From Auanema rhodensis (Eukaryota > Animalia > Nematoda): DNA of 64,000 nucleotides. The position numbers and the translations under genes are program-made. Below the pieces are notes generated by a model, which was given only the letters and a program-made list of their open reading frames with translations, had not been told where the DNA came from and ran no database searches. The stretch spans positions 6,510,001 to 6,574,000 of the forward strand of contig OZ059899.1 in assembly GCA_964057225.1 (NCBI GenBank). Direction: 5' to 3'. Of this stretch, positions 14,314 through 27,100 are shown one piece after another (the stretch's first letter is position 1; the number at the start of each line of letters is the position of its first letter).

Positions 14314-16459
14314 ATGTTAAGGATATTTACTCTATTCTATGTAACGGTGGCGATATCTTCCCAAAGCTTAGCCAGTGAGTAACCTAGAAATTACTACTCT
14401 AAACATCTTATTAGCAGATTCTTTCTTCGCCGAAACTGGAACCTACCCAGGATTCATTACCAGAATTAATCAGAAAGGTCTTGACCTACTTTCCTCTCAC
14501 TTAAGTGATAGAGTTCTCCGCTTTATGAATGCTGGTGATTTACCTTTTAATATTTCTACATCTTTGAGTGATGAGGTTTGTCTGAAGTTGTTATCAAAGT
14601 GAGACATTCTGACTTTAGACTCACTTTAACTTAGCCGCTGCTCGAATTCTGAGCTTTGATAGTAATTCCTTCAGCTCTCGTATGCTAAGTACTCCGGGAA
14701 AAGGATTATCTTGGACGGTAAACGATAAAAGAAAATCATTTCACAGATGTATTTCAGGGCTCAAATATCAATGCTACGGTCAATTCTCACTTTACTCTTA
14801 ATACTCCTCAAGGGGAAATCAGCGGTTTTGTTCCTTTGTCTTTTGATAGGTACCAAATATAATCGTATCGTAAACATCACATTTATAATTTTCAGAACCA
14901 ACGTAGAACTTTCTCTTTGGACTGGAGTTAACACTGATGGACACCTAAAGACAGATCTAGTCACTTGCAAGGTTGGTTCCAGGGAAAAAGCTTCAGTTTT
15001 GATCAAGTTTATGCCCTCAGGTTGCTGCTAACAACATTCAATTGCGCTTTTCTCCATCTGATTCCGCTCTCCTTTCTAATTACTTGCCACACATTATGCA
15101 GTTCATCAAGGAACACATGGAACAGGTTATAAACCAATAAATTTCTTAATGAATTGCTGTTTAGGTCATTTGCCCTACCTTCCATGCTGAGCTTGTTCCT
15201 GTTATCTCGAATAGGCTAATGAACACACCAATGAGCGCAGCTCTCTTTGAACAATACTTCTTGAATTATGGTCTGATCTCAATGTTGATTTGTGAAAGTT
15301 ACCTCATTCGCTTTCTAATTCAGGTCTTCTTGGTCCAGTTGATTTCCGTGAGAATGAAATTGTCTTAAGACATCGTGGAAACGCTTTTGGAATCCTCCGT
15401 CAAGGTGATAGACATCTGGTGGTTTTCATCTGTTCGTATTTTATTCAGGACGTACCAGATTGAATGACTTCCGTCTTCCCTTCCGTAGCGTTCCATTCAA
15501 CGTCGATGGCCCACAAAGTGGAAAAATGGTTGATTTTTATCTTTCAAACTATACTGTTAGCAGTTTGCTTTTCTGGATGGATCAATACAGGTTCTTATAT
15601 GAATCTAATAGTCAATTTTAATATAATAATTCAGAAAATTCGATTACGAGATCAGTCGAACTGCCCAGAACAATTCTGCTATAACAGGATATCTGAAAAC
15701 AAATTGTCCTTCCGATGATATTTGTGCTGGAACACTCTTTCCCGGTATTTGAATATTACAATCATACATCTTAATTATATTTAATATTTGTAGCTCTTAG
15801 CCAACGTTTCCCCGATGGAGAAGTTGTAATCAAATCTCATACTGTGTCTTATCCAAAGATGGTTATTAAAGAGAATAATGCCACAATTTACATTGATTCT
15901 AAAGTTGATGCTTTTGTTCAGGTAATATAACTTAATGAGCTATCTGAGTAATTTTCGAAATATTTTAAGCAAGGAGAGCGTAGTAGACGTTTCTTGACCG
16001 CTGGAATGAATGCTGAAATCAAGCTTGACAAAGTTTCCTTTGACAATTTCGTGCTAAATGCTGATATGCATATTGAGAAGTTCAAGATTGAGGAGGCATT
16101 AAGAATTAACTCTTCAACAATTTTATGTTATATGTTTTAGGTTGCCTCTCTGGTTGATGGTATTGATGAAAACTCTTTGGAATTCCTGGTTAATGCCCTT
16201 ACTGAATTGATCCTTAACGAAGATATGGCAAAGAAGCTAAGAGGAGGTTTGTTAAACAGCAGCTGTAGGTTGTAACCTTGTCCTTTTAGGAATTCATTTA
16301 CCAATCATCTTTGACTTCGAACAAACCACCTCCGAAGTTGCTTTCGAGAATGATAGAATACGAATTTCCGCTGATTATTGTTATGGAGATAAGTGTAAAT
16401 CATCCTTGGCGGAAAGCAAGGATGCTAACATTGATTACTATGACGTAGTTCAAGGTTAG
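14314..16459 (+). CDS. BPI/LBP/CETP-family lipid-binding secreted glycoprotein (NRF-5-like), multi-exon
   Basis: Signal peptide MLRIFTLFYVTVAISSQSLA; PGFITRINQKGLDLL (BPI N-terminal G..RI.QKGL motif); GHLKTDLVTC; MVDFYLSNYTVSSLLFWM; YLKTNCPSDDICAGTLFP..SQRFP; GIHLP. Trans-splice-type acceptor ttttccag lies just upstream. Stop at 16457-16459. Confidence 0.88.
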
Positions 16460-16936
16460 GATGCTAGAAATTCTTAAACTCCGTATAATGTATTCGGCCT
16501 TAAATAATCGTTTTAATTTGTATATCAATCTATAGACTCTTGATCACGTAGATTACAGTATCATATATCGGTCAAATTTATTTTTTTTACTCAATTCACG
16601 CAGATCTTCAGCGGGTAGCGCATATCGTTTCACGACGATTTCACTTTCTGTACACAAGTGTTGTCTTTATACATAATCCTGTCTTTCTTTTTTTTTGTTT
16701 TTTTTTTTACTTGACTGACTATTATTATATCATTTTTATTGTAAATACTTTGTCAATAAATAAAGTTGGTTTAAACTTTATTAAATATTATTAATGATTA
16801 ATATAAATATTAACAATATAATTATATACATAATTCTCATTTCAATCATATTCATCTTTGTTTAATGAGGAAGGAATAACGGATTGAAGCAAAAGAAACG
16901 TTTAAGATTTCTGATTCTTTTTAATTCTCTTCATAT

Positions 16937-19881
16937 TTAATATGTCGGAGAGAAATTATTATTTGTGTAGAAGGGATATCTATAATATGGAAAATGGCAA
17001 TTAACGGGGAGTGGAGAAAGTAATGGCGATGTAGGATTATATGTATCCATGAACTTAATTTCGTCGAAATTATTATAATTATTTGCTTTCAAATAAGCAT
17101 TAAAACCGTAATCGTCTATGGATTCGAAGGAATTTATAGCTCTTGGTACGTACATCGGTTGGAAGTATAAAGAGCGTAAGTCATATGGTGAATACGACAA
17201 CTTCGGCCATTCCTGCATTTGATGTGGATAGTAGTTTTCCCATAAAGACATTGTTTCCTTTTGTATTTCCTCCATTCTGAGTTGTTCAAATACTTTTCTT
17301 GGAATAGTGATTGACCTTTCATCACCATCCTCCATCAGATCATACGTTTTTGGACGTCCAGGTACTCTTGATTTGTACAATTCTGCTTTTGGTTCGAATC
17401 CTTTGGCAACATGTTCTCCATATGTTTTAGCATTTGATTCACTCTGCCATACCTAAAAACAAACAGAAGATTTAATCGATTCAAAAGATGTAGGGGGGGG
17501 GAATAGAGAATTTCAGTTTATCCTTTCTTGTGTCACTGATGGCTAAATCAGCTGTCGTTGAATTTTCTTTTCATGGGTCAAATCACGATATCTCTTTTTC
17601 TTTTTATAGAAAATTGTAAATCGAGCTTCATAACATCATCGTTTTAGTTTTGAAGTATAACCATGGACCGATAACAATCTGTAAGCAGACGTTGGATGAG
17701 AGAAATGTGGCTGCGATACACAGCAGCACTATAACATGCCCAGATCAAAGTGCAAACTAGTCTTTGGAAAACCCATACGAGATACGATGCAAGAATGTTA
17801 TACTCGCAGGCGCGTGTTTCTCTCGTTGTCTTCAGTCAGGATAATTCTGATTTGCAAAGCTGACAATGAAGAAAGAAAGTAATGATTCTAAGTGAATTAG
17901 AACCAGCGGTAACCTAGGACCGCAACTCCTGGTGTTTAACCAATTCTGAGTCAGATTTTATAAAGAAAATTAAAGTGTTTTAAGAAATATAAGTGTATTC
18001 AGAGGATTAGAATGTTGTGATTGATTAAATATATGCTTCCTTGTGTTTCGCCTAACAGGGTTGTACGTCATCATAAATGATGCAAAAAGGGTCATAAAAA
18101 CTGCCAGTGATTCATATCTAATTGAAAAAAGACTAGAAAAATCCTTTTTTTCGAACTTGATCGGAAGTTTCAAAAACTTTGCTGCAACTTTTGGAAGTTT
18201 CATCATATATAACCCAAATAATGTTTAAGAATCGAACATCTTTTTGTCGGTGAATCTCAACTAAGAAAAAGGGAAAATGTTCAGATTCAGAAAAGGCTCA
18301 CGTATAGACTACAAATCAATAAAAACGAATATATGAATGGAATTGGTTTGAATAGAAAGATTTACAAACCTTCTTTGAAAAACTAATCTCTCTCTTTGAT
18401 CTTGGAATAGCAAGACGGGGATCTCTGAAGTTTTGGTAATCAAACAAAGAAGAATACGGATTGATTGGATTAAGATTTTGACCATATGTAATAGTAACAT
18501 TATCACGATCTAAATAAGAAATAGTATATCTTGTAAATTTAATCTTTTCATTATACCGTAGTATATTTTTCCAGAAAATGGAAAGCGATAAGCGATTCCT
18601 TTGGAGATAGGAAGAGGTACATCAATATCACCTTCCACTCCATCATTTCCTCCTACGTCATGTTCAACCTGAAACAAACTTATTTTATCTGCTTTTTTCC
18701 TGAAAAATGTCGTACGCCGAATCCAAATGTTCCTTGGTAAGGATTACACATTGGAGGTTTACAGCTGATGGGGGAATACGTTTTGGCCAGTTTACCAAGA
18801 GGTAATGTTGGTTGAATATCTAAAAAAATATTTAAAACGTTCTATATATCATTAAGTATATTAGATAATATTAAAAAATATATATAATGTTTCTATAAAT
18901 ATATATATTTAATCTTACTTCTATTATAATGAAGTGATGGATCACTCATTAATTTAACAAAATCATTTTTATCCAAATCAAGCATATTGACAGGTTGTGC
19001 CATATAACCAAACTTTGTAGTTGTGTCATGAATTCTGAAATACAAAATAAATAATCTGTATTTATTCGAAAAATAAAATAAAAAATAATCTGCGTTCGGG
19101 GGGAATCGAACCCCCGTCGAATGCTTGGAAGGCATCCATGCTGACCATTACACCACGAACGCTACATATCGGAAAGTTCAAATTAGTTTTATATCAAGAT
19201 AATCTCTAGTTGAAGAATGAACGCTCAAAGATTTAATTTTTGTCTGCTAAGTGGTTGCAAAGAGACGTCAAATAATAATAGTTATTTTTGAATATTAATT
19301 CGAAATGAAAGTAACCTGTTGAAAAATCTTCCGTAAATATCTAATATACCCCATGATGGGACAGCTATGTTTAAATCTCCTCCGATATGCTGAAATGATA
19401 ATTCAGTATTGAATTGATGATGAAAATCCTTACTCGAGATATAGATGGATCGAGGTCAACACCTCCACTATATTGATTATGGAATGGGAAAACTGGCCAG
19501 TAGTTACCAGGATGAGATCGACCCGGCAATGGTTCTTGTGGGCCTAGAGGGGATTGATATGATTCAAATGGTTTACAAATATGTCGTTTTACCTGGAATG
19601 GAGTATGGAGTTGCCTTAAGAATAGGTCGTTTCCGTGGAGGCTCAGCATCAGTATCAGCTGCTTGCTTCATACGTTTATAGAGAAAATCATAATAACTCT
19701 TGTTATTGTCGTCGTTGGGATCTTCATCATCATTATTTGTCTCTTCCTCATCTGATTCCTTAATAAATCCCTCTATTTCATCTGCTGATCGTTTGTTTCG
19801 ACTGAGAGCAGCATCAACGTTTGCAAAATGTGAATGTGCCACATTCAGAAGAACAGCAAGCAGCAGCAACGAATGTTTCAT
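16937..19881 (-). CDS. Uncharacterised secreted nematode protein, paralog A (signal peptide, furin sites, Tyr/Pro-rich tail)
   Basis: In-frame splice chain: MKHSLLLLAVLLNVAHS..RNKR..; GPQEPLPGRSHPGNYWPVFPFHNQYSGGVDLDP; HIGGDLNIAVPSWGILDIYG; FGYMAQPVNML..SDPSLHYNR; QPTLPLGK..CKPPMCNPY; DGVEGDIDVPLPISKGIAYRFPFSG; TITYGQNLNPIDP..RSKR; last exon 17452-16937 joined in phase 0. Exon-by-exon similarity to paralog B supports the model. Confidence 0.85.
17860..17959 (+). ncRNA. Candidate box C/D snoRNA-like RNA, antisense within the last intron of paralog A
   Basis: Terminal stem CTGAC (17860-64) / GTCAG (17950-54) encloses box C-like ATGAAGA (17866-72) and box D CTGA (17946-49). Internal hairpins are present, and TTTT follows at 17956-59. 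Confidence 0.45.
19091..19162 (-). tRNA. tRNA-Gly (anticodon TCC), intronic
   Basis: GCGTTCGTGGTGTAATGGTCAGCATGGATGCCTTCCAAGCATTCGACGGGGGTTCGATTCCCCCCGAACGCA: complete cloverleaf, A and B boxes, and a downstream oligo-T terminator. Confidence 0.98.
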
Positions 19882-21422
19882 AGACTGTATGAAAAATATT
19901 CAATTGAAAACATAGAATATTCAAAAGCTTTATGGCAGAATGAAAAGAAACTTAAGCAAAAACTAGAAGAGGATAAATATAAGCATATGACTGTTGTTGA
20001 AATCCATAATGAAATTAAAAAGTGGAAGTTCATCGATGAAAGCCTACGAAAGCCAGATTTCATTATGTTGAACCGGATAAGATAACAACGGATGAATTAA
20101 TTTCACTTTCGAAAACGGGGTCAGGTTTGATAAGGGTAAGTCTGTTAAAGGCTTCTGAAACGATTCATCCTTTTTTTTTATAAATGTTGAGTACAAAGAG
20201 AAATTTCCTTGAATGTCCAATCCATTATGATATTTTCAATATCTTCTATGTATATAATACAGATGTATGTATATACATACATGCGAGACTAAGTACTGGG
20301 TTCAAATTAATATCGAACTTTCTTCTTTAATTGATGCACAATAGATTTCGATTTTTTATCCGGATGTATGATGGCATGTAAGAATACAACAACAAAACAA
20401 ATTTTTCTAATCCAATGAATAGACCTAATTGGAATTTCTAATTTTTTTGTATTGTTACTTGAATGCTTTGATGCCTTCAGATCTACAAGTAAATAATCTG
20501 TCAGGATGTATGGAAAAAATTAAAATATTCCTTTATATAATCATCAATATATACTAATATGGTCAATAAAACCATTTGAGAGCTTAAAAATTAAAAATTA
20601 AAAATTAAAAATGGAGCATTTTTTAATTCGTTTTATTACGAACAATAGTACATGTTTTATTTTAATACATTTATGTTAATTTAAAACTTATTTTTAAATT
20701 AAAAATTTCTTAAATTAAAAACAAGTTTCAACTTTCGTTCAAGCTTCATCTTCAATGGTAGTGCTCATAGATTACATGGGAAAAATTGTAACCATACGAA
20801 GCATACGATGGTTCTCCAATTCTGATTAGAACCACTGACTTCAGAGGCTAAAGCGTAAACAAACAAATCTTAGTTTTTTTCTTTTTGTTATCTCAGAAGC
20901 TAAAGACTAACTGTTAACTTTTCAAGCTCTCAACTTCTCAATATATAAAAGTTAAAAAGTTTAAAAAAAAGTTATAACTTTTTATTTAATTTTTGTTTAA
21001 AGTTAATATATATTCATGCTGTTCATATTTAGTTATTTTATTTAATATATGAAATCTACAAAAATCTAATTAATTCTATCATTAATTTGTTTGAAAAACG
21101 TTACATTAGCTTTGTTATATTTTACTAATTTTGAGTTACAAACTGTGAAGAAATATAAATAAAAGTCTATTATATTCAGTTTTTCATATTTCTTTACTTC
21201 ATTTTTGTTTATATATGTTGTTTTTATATGCAAAAATTTTGGAGAGATGTGTTCATGAAAATAATGTGCTGAAGTTCATTATAACCGAAGCTTAGTCTTC
21301 CACATCGCATACCAATATTTTAAAAATTTGTATATCTTTCATCCATTTTTGTTACAAATTATTATTCAGACTGATTTTACTGCAAAGAGTTTAGTTTTGC
21401 AACACATTTACCTCCCCCTCCT

Positions 21423-21423
21423 T

Positions 21424-21497
<74 letters not shown>
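21423..21497. repeat. (CT)n microsatellite
   Basis: Near-perfect CT run. Confidence 0.95.
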
Positions 21498-21500
<3 letters not shown>

Positions 21501-21899
21501 TATTTATGCATTTCTCGCGCTCATTCTCTTGCTTGGATCTCTTGATGAGTAAAATGTAATTCGCAAAATTCATGATTACCAAAAGGTTACTTGCAAACAT
21601 TAAACATTTCCTTATTATACAAAAAAATGCCTTTATATTTGCATTTTTCCTGAACAATTTATTCCTCTAGAGTTTTTTTATTTATTTTTGAAATAACTTA
21701 ATCTTTGTATTAGAAGACAAAATTTATCTAATTTGCATATCTTCTTTTTTATTTCTTTTTCTTTTTCAATTTCTTTTTTTTATTTTTGTTGTTTCCACAC
21801 AATTTTCTTTATTTTTTCACTTTTTAATTGAAAATTAAATCGCAACGTTACACATGGAATAGAGCATCATGGTCTTTACAACGAAAGGGCACAATGTGT

Positions 21900-22045
21900 G
21901 TCCGCCTAGCCTATTAAAAGGTGGCGCCCCTTCGCTGTGAACTCGCAGGTTCGAGTTCTTCTAAAGCGTGCCCAATGACGATATAACCATGCACCACTCT
22001 GAAGAGCTGTGTGGATAAAAAATGGAACACCAAAATACCGAGGCT
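21900..22045 (+). mobile_element. Possible degenerate tRNA-derived SINE fragment
   Basis: GC-richer patch in AT-rich intergenic DNA with an A-box-like TAGCCTATTAAAAGGTGG and a B-box-like GGTTCGAGTTC (~21948-21958). It does not fold as a tRNA. Confidence 0.3.
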
Positions 22046-22466
22046 TTCTTTTGCCTTTGCGAACTTATCTCATTAATATTGAAATTTTCCTTTTTTGCAT
22101 TGTTTAATCAAAAACAGAAAAGCTAGCCGAATTGCAATCAGTAATATTTGGTGTTATTACAATGCTAAGTAACATCTATCATGATATATTCATTACAAGA
22201 TTTTATTGAGTATTTGTTGTATTGTTGTTGTTGTTGTCTTTTCGATTTTTTATAAAATATATTTCAAGCGTAGTTTGATGTGTACCTAACAAACCTTCTT
22301 ATTTTTGATAAAAAAGAACGTCATTGAAATTTCATTTTAGATAACATCGTTTAACGATTTTTTTTCTTATCTATTAATTATTAATCTTATATATATATAC
22401 ATTTATATAATTATTAGAATTGTGATATAATGACGTTAGCGCTGCATATCATCTTCTCGTTTTTAC

Positions 22467-24128
22467 TCATCCATGGCCTTCTCTTAGTGCTTCATGGTTT
22501 CCTTCTACTGATCCTCCATGTATTATCCCTCCTGTTTCTCCGTGCATTCCTCCTTCTGATCCTTCATGGTTTCCTGATTCTCCATGGTTTTCCCCTTCTT
22601 CTCCATGTTGATGACCTTCTCCTTCCTCATGTTGAACATGCATGCACACTCTAAAAATAAAATAAAAGTTAATATTTTTCAAAAATGGAACAGTAAAATG
22701 AGAGAATAAATCATGCATAATATGACACATAAAATGCTTTATATTTTAATTAAATGAAATTAGAATTTTGATGTAGATGAATTGATTTAAAAAAAAAACA
22801 AGAAAGCAGTTTTATGAAAATTTTCGTATTTATTTTACGATGGAAATTCGTTTTAAGATGTTTTTTATATTATGTATTACATACTTTATCTTATATGTAT
22901 ATATATAAGTATGTTTGTACATTCTTACACATATGTATAGCAAAGAGGAAATTGTCTAATGATACTTCTCTTGTTTCTTAACTATTCTTTAAGACTAATT
23001 ACCATAATCATAAGCTCATTTTCATCATTCTCATTTATATTTTTGACTCATAATCTAATTTATGTAATGCAGCACATATATACATGCTTACATGTTACTT
23101 TTCTCCCTTATTTTCTTAATTAATTTCATGGAATTTGCCTTTTTTCACCATCAAAACGTTTTATATATTTAATATTACTCTTTCAAGAACATAAAATAAC
23201 TATTTATATTTTTGACAGAATCGCAATGAAGAGAGAGATAAAACCTTAATATCTTTTTCTCACATATATTCATATATACTTTTGTCTAATTTCAAAGTCT
23301 CAACTTGTGTGGATCAAAACACCTTAGCTTTCAGCTTCTTTTTATTAAATTATTTCTAATGAAATAAATACTTCTCTTCTTATACAATTATCTACATGTA
23401 ATCTTTTTTTTTACTAACGAAACAATTTGTATGTAACATTTACTTTTGATGTTACATGTGTTCGATGTGTTCGACACTTCAATTTTCTAAATGATGTAGA
23501 GCTTTTCATCAACTTTTTTTTTTAACTAAATCACACTTTGAACAGCACATCAAACACAGAAATATTGAAAAACAAAAAAAAAGAACTGGAGGTAGTAAGC
23601 GAAAATATTCATTTGATTTTTCATTCATTTTGTTGTTTTACCCTTCTTAATTGACTAAATAAATAAAAATAAAACTTTTGTTTTTTTTTATTTATGTTTT
23701 TGACGTATTTAATTGAAACTTAGTAAACAGTATTTGCAACAATATTTTTTGAAAATTCGGTCTTGCTTCCATACTGCATCATTATTATTTTCTTATTATA
23801 GTTTAGAAACTATCATGACAGAATGACTTTTTTTAGTTATTTTTCTAGAAAAAAACAATTTGTAGTGATTTAGCAAGAATTAAATTCGTTTCAAATATAT
23901 TATGGATAGCACAACTAAAGGGTTTCTGTAGCCGGAATCGTCAGAAAGCTTTAAAATTCTGTTTTATACTGAACAATTGAAGAGCCGAGACGTAATGCTA
24001 TGACCATTTTAAACATGGTTATTAGCCTTTTAAGAGCAAATAGAGAAGGGTTGAGGGCAAAAGATATTGTTTCGCTACATTCAAACTTAGATTTTAAAAA
24101 TTTGTTTCATTTCAAAAAAAGTTTTTAA

Positions 24129-24163
<35 letters not shown>

Positions 24164-27100
24164 AAATTATTTTAGTTTTAGTCTGTTTGTAGCAACTTAA
24201 CCCCCCCGAAATTCATAGTTTTCAGTAAAATAAAGATAAATAAGGAAGTTTTTGTCCTGGCAGCTCTCAATACTTTGCCAATTTCTTCATGATTCGTATG
24301 ATGACAACTCTTCCTAAGTTTCCACAAAAATTTCAGCATTTTTCATTATTTATTTTTCTGTTCATGTGCATACTGAATACTTTACCCTATATCTTCTTGC
24401 TCATCTAACCATCAGATTTGAATCTGATTCATCAATGAGGTTTCTGTTAAGACAAAAAAAACATATTAATTGATTTAATTGAAAGAATTTAATTAAAATT
24501 CTTCTTTAAAATATCATAAAGTATTGAAATTCAACACTTTAACCTGATTTTAAGTACATTTTAAAACGTCTTACCACTCATATTCTTTAAACTATGAGAA
24601 TAATGTATAAGTTATGCATATTTGAGATCTAACTTGCAAGTTTTCAATGATATTAAAGCCAAATAAAGTGTTTTAGACTTGAAAATCTTGTTTTTGTTAT
24701 GATGAAATAGCATAATATTTAAATAATTCTCTCTTTTTTTCACTAATTTCAAATTGTTTTCTTTTCAAATGGATATATGGATTCAGCAACTGATCTTTTC
24801 TTTTGAGATAAATCCCGTTATTCAGTTTTAAACGCTCTTTTTGTGGACATAATGTTTTGCGATGACAAAATGTGTAGACAGAAAATATAATAGAGTATCG
24901 GATTTGTTTTGAAATCTAACATCAGGAGTTTCATTTTTGCGTTGTGTATAACAACAAAATTTTCATAAAATTACTTCACTATTTCTTAATCTATCTAAAT
25001 CTTTCTATTGCTTTCCTCTATTTCTTTCCTAAGTATTGATAGTTTAGAAAAAAAAAAACAAAAACCCACAAATAGGGATGTTCGTTTCCTTCACCTCCTT
25101 CGATTTCTTCTTCAGTTATTTCTTCATTTCTTTCATTTAGCGCTTCTACAGCAAGGTTTTGAGCATGTACATGAGCATCAATCTCATCACGAATGAGAGA
25201 ACTCTGGAAATTACACTTGCTAAGTTAAATGAATTCTTACTTTAACTCTTCAACGTTTAGAAAGTAATATTTTGTTTTTCTCAATTTGTACTCCTTAAAA
25301 CATAAACTAACTGTTTGACGTTTTCGACGTCGTAGGTTTTTTGCACTTTTAGTTGGCCAAATCGGTGCAGTTCCACCAGCCACAAGTTTGAATGGATCTA
25401 TTGGACTTAAATTTTGGCCATACGTTATAACAATATCATCAAGATCTAAAATAGAATTTGATTTCATTTATCTTTTAAAACATTTTGGAAATTTTGTTCT
25501 TCAGTTTTTATTTTCAGTATATTTGACAAGAGATTTATACTTTTTCGATGCTTTTTTCCGATGGTTTTCAAATTCTAAAAAAGAAAATATTTTTTTGAAG
25601 TTTCGATTGCACTCAACACTAAGATATTCAGATATCAGTTGAAGTGTTGAGCTTTTTGTCTGTCTATGTCTGTCGCCAATAAGAGTTCAGCAAACTTTTT
25701 TTCTCATTTTGAACTCCGCTCCCTCAGGACATGTATTTCTTAGTTATCATTCAAATGTCAAACCTAACTCAATCTTAGAACATACAGCATTTTAAGTTTG
25801 AACCGCATTCACTTCAATTCTTTCATTTGAACCTGTTACTGACAAACAAATCTAATCTTCAAATTACCGCTACTACAACAACAGTCTTCACGAGCTCTTT
25901 TCAAGCTTCACTATTTCAAGTAAACTTAAATAGATAACAATAGCAAAAAACAGCGTTATAACTAATTGTTATATTCATTGATACCCAAACAGTAGCTTTT
26001 TTACTAGAAGTTTACACTATTTGTATCAACTAAATGATGACATTTGTGAGGCATTCTTGATGATTTGAGCTGTCGTCATACAAATCCGCCCGGAAACGGG
26101 TAATGGTCGCTTTTTCGATTCAAATATTTCATTTGAGAACTTTTTTTATGGATTTTTTTTCCATTTTCCTTTCTTTTTTATTGAAAAAAGCAGTTAACGT
26201 ACCACAATGAAAATTACCACTTATAGGTACTCTATAAGCAATATCTTTGCCAATCGGAATAGGAAATTCTAGTTCACCTTCTACACCATCATTCACCAAA
26301 TGATTGACTTCAACCTTAAAATCAAGGAAATCATTATAAACTTTAATAGGCGGTTTAAAACTTAATTGCATCATTAATATTCATTCATATAATGAATAGT
26401 ATGCTTAATACTTACTAAAGTAAGAGGTCATGTGCTATACACGTAATTTCATTTGTTGACGTGAAATATATTTGAAATGAATTTCATTTCATTTTATTAG
26501 AAGCAACGAGAGGTTGCATACTTTTTTTTGGTTTTTCTGTTTACTGTTCCAAAAACAAAAGCATTCAAACTTACTCCCACAGCAACTTGAGCTTGATAAG
26601 GATTACATAGCGGTGGTTTGCACGAGGATGGCATAAAATTCTTCGGAATTGTTGCCATCGGTAATGTGGGTTGATATGCTGAAAATTACATTTTTCATTG
26701 GCTTTTCATTTGTTGCCTGTACATTGAAATTTAAGATAGAGCAAACAATGCCCTTCTTCCTTTCTATTTTTTAAATTCTCTATCAAAAGAAAATAAATGT
26801 ATATTACTTGACTTGCTGTCTCATTAAGAATATTGTAAACATTTTATTTTTCTTCATTAATTCATCCGTAACCTAACTTATACTTTAAAAGTTTTATGTA
26901 TAGAATTGTCTGTTGCCTTGAATACTGAAGAAATAACAACTCTACTTGTATAGTATCCCCATATTATACAACTCTGTACTATATACAATGTCTTAGTGAA
27001 TATATACATGTTATTAGATCTTCAGGCTTCATCTTACCTTAACGTTTTTCAGAATTGTTTTCGACAAATTTTCCTCCTCTCCCCTTGTATTTCCTTGAAA

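Noticed and set aside
17540-17606. A-box-like TGGCTAAATCAG and B-box-like GGGTCAAATC
   Set aside because: Internal and immediately downstream T-runs would terminate Pol III, and there is no cloverleaf.
24255-24445. Possible extra exons of paralog B and the palindrome ATCAGATTTGAATCTGAT
   Set aside because: Including them introduces stops or shifts the His-rich exon out of frame. The short palindrome is expected by chance.
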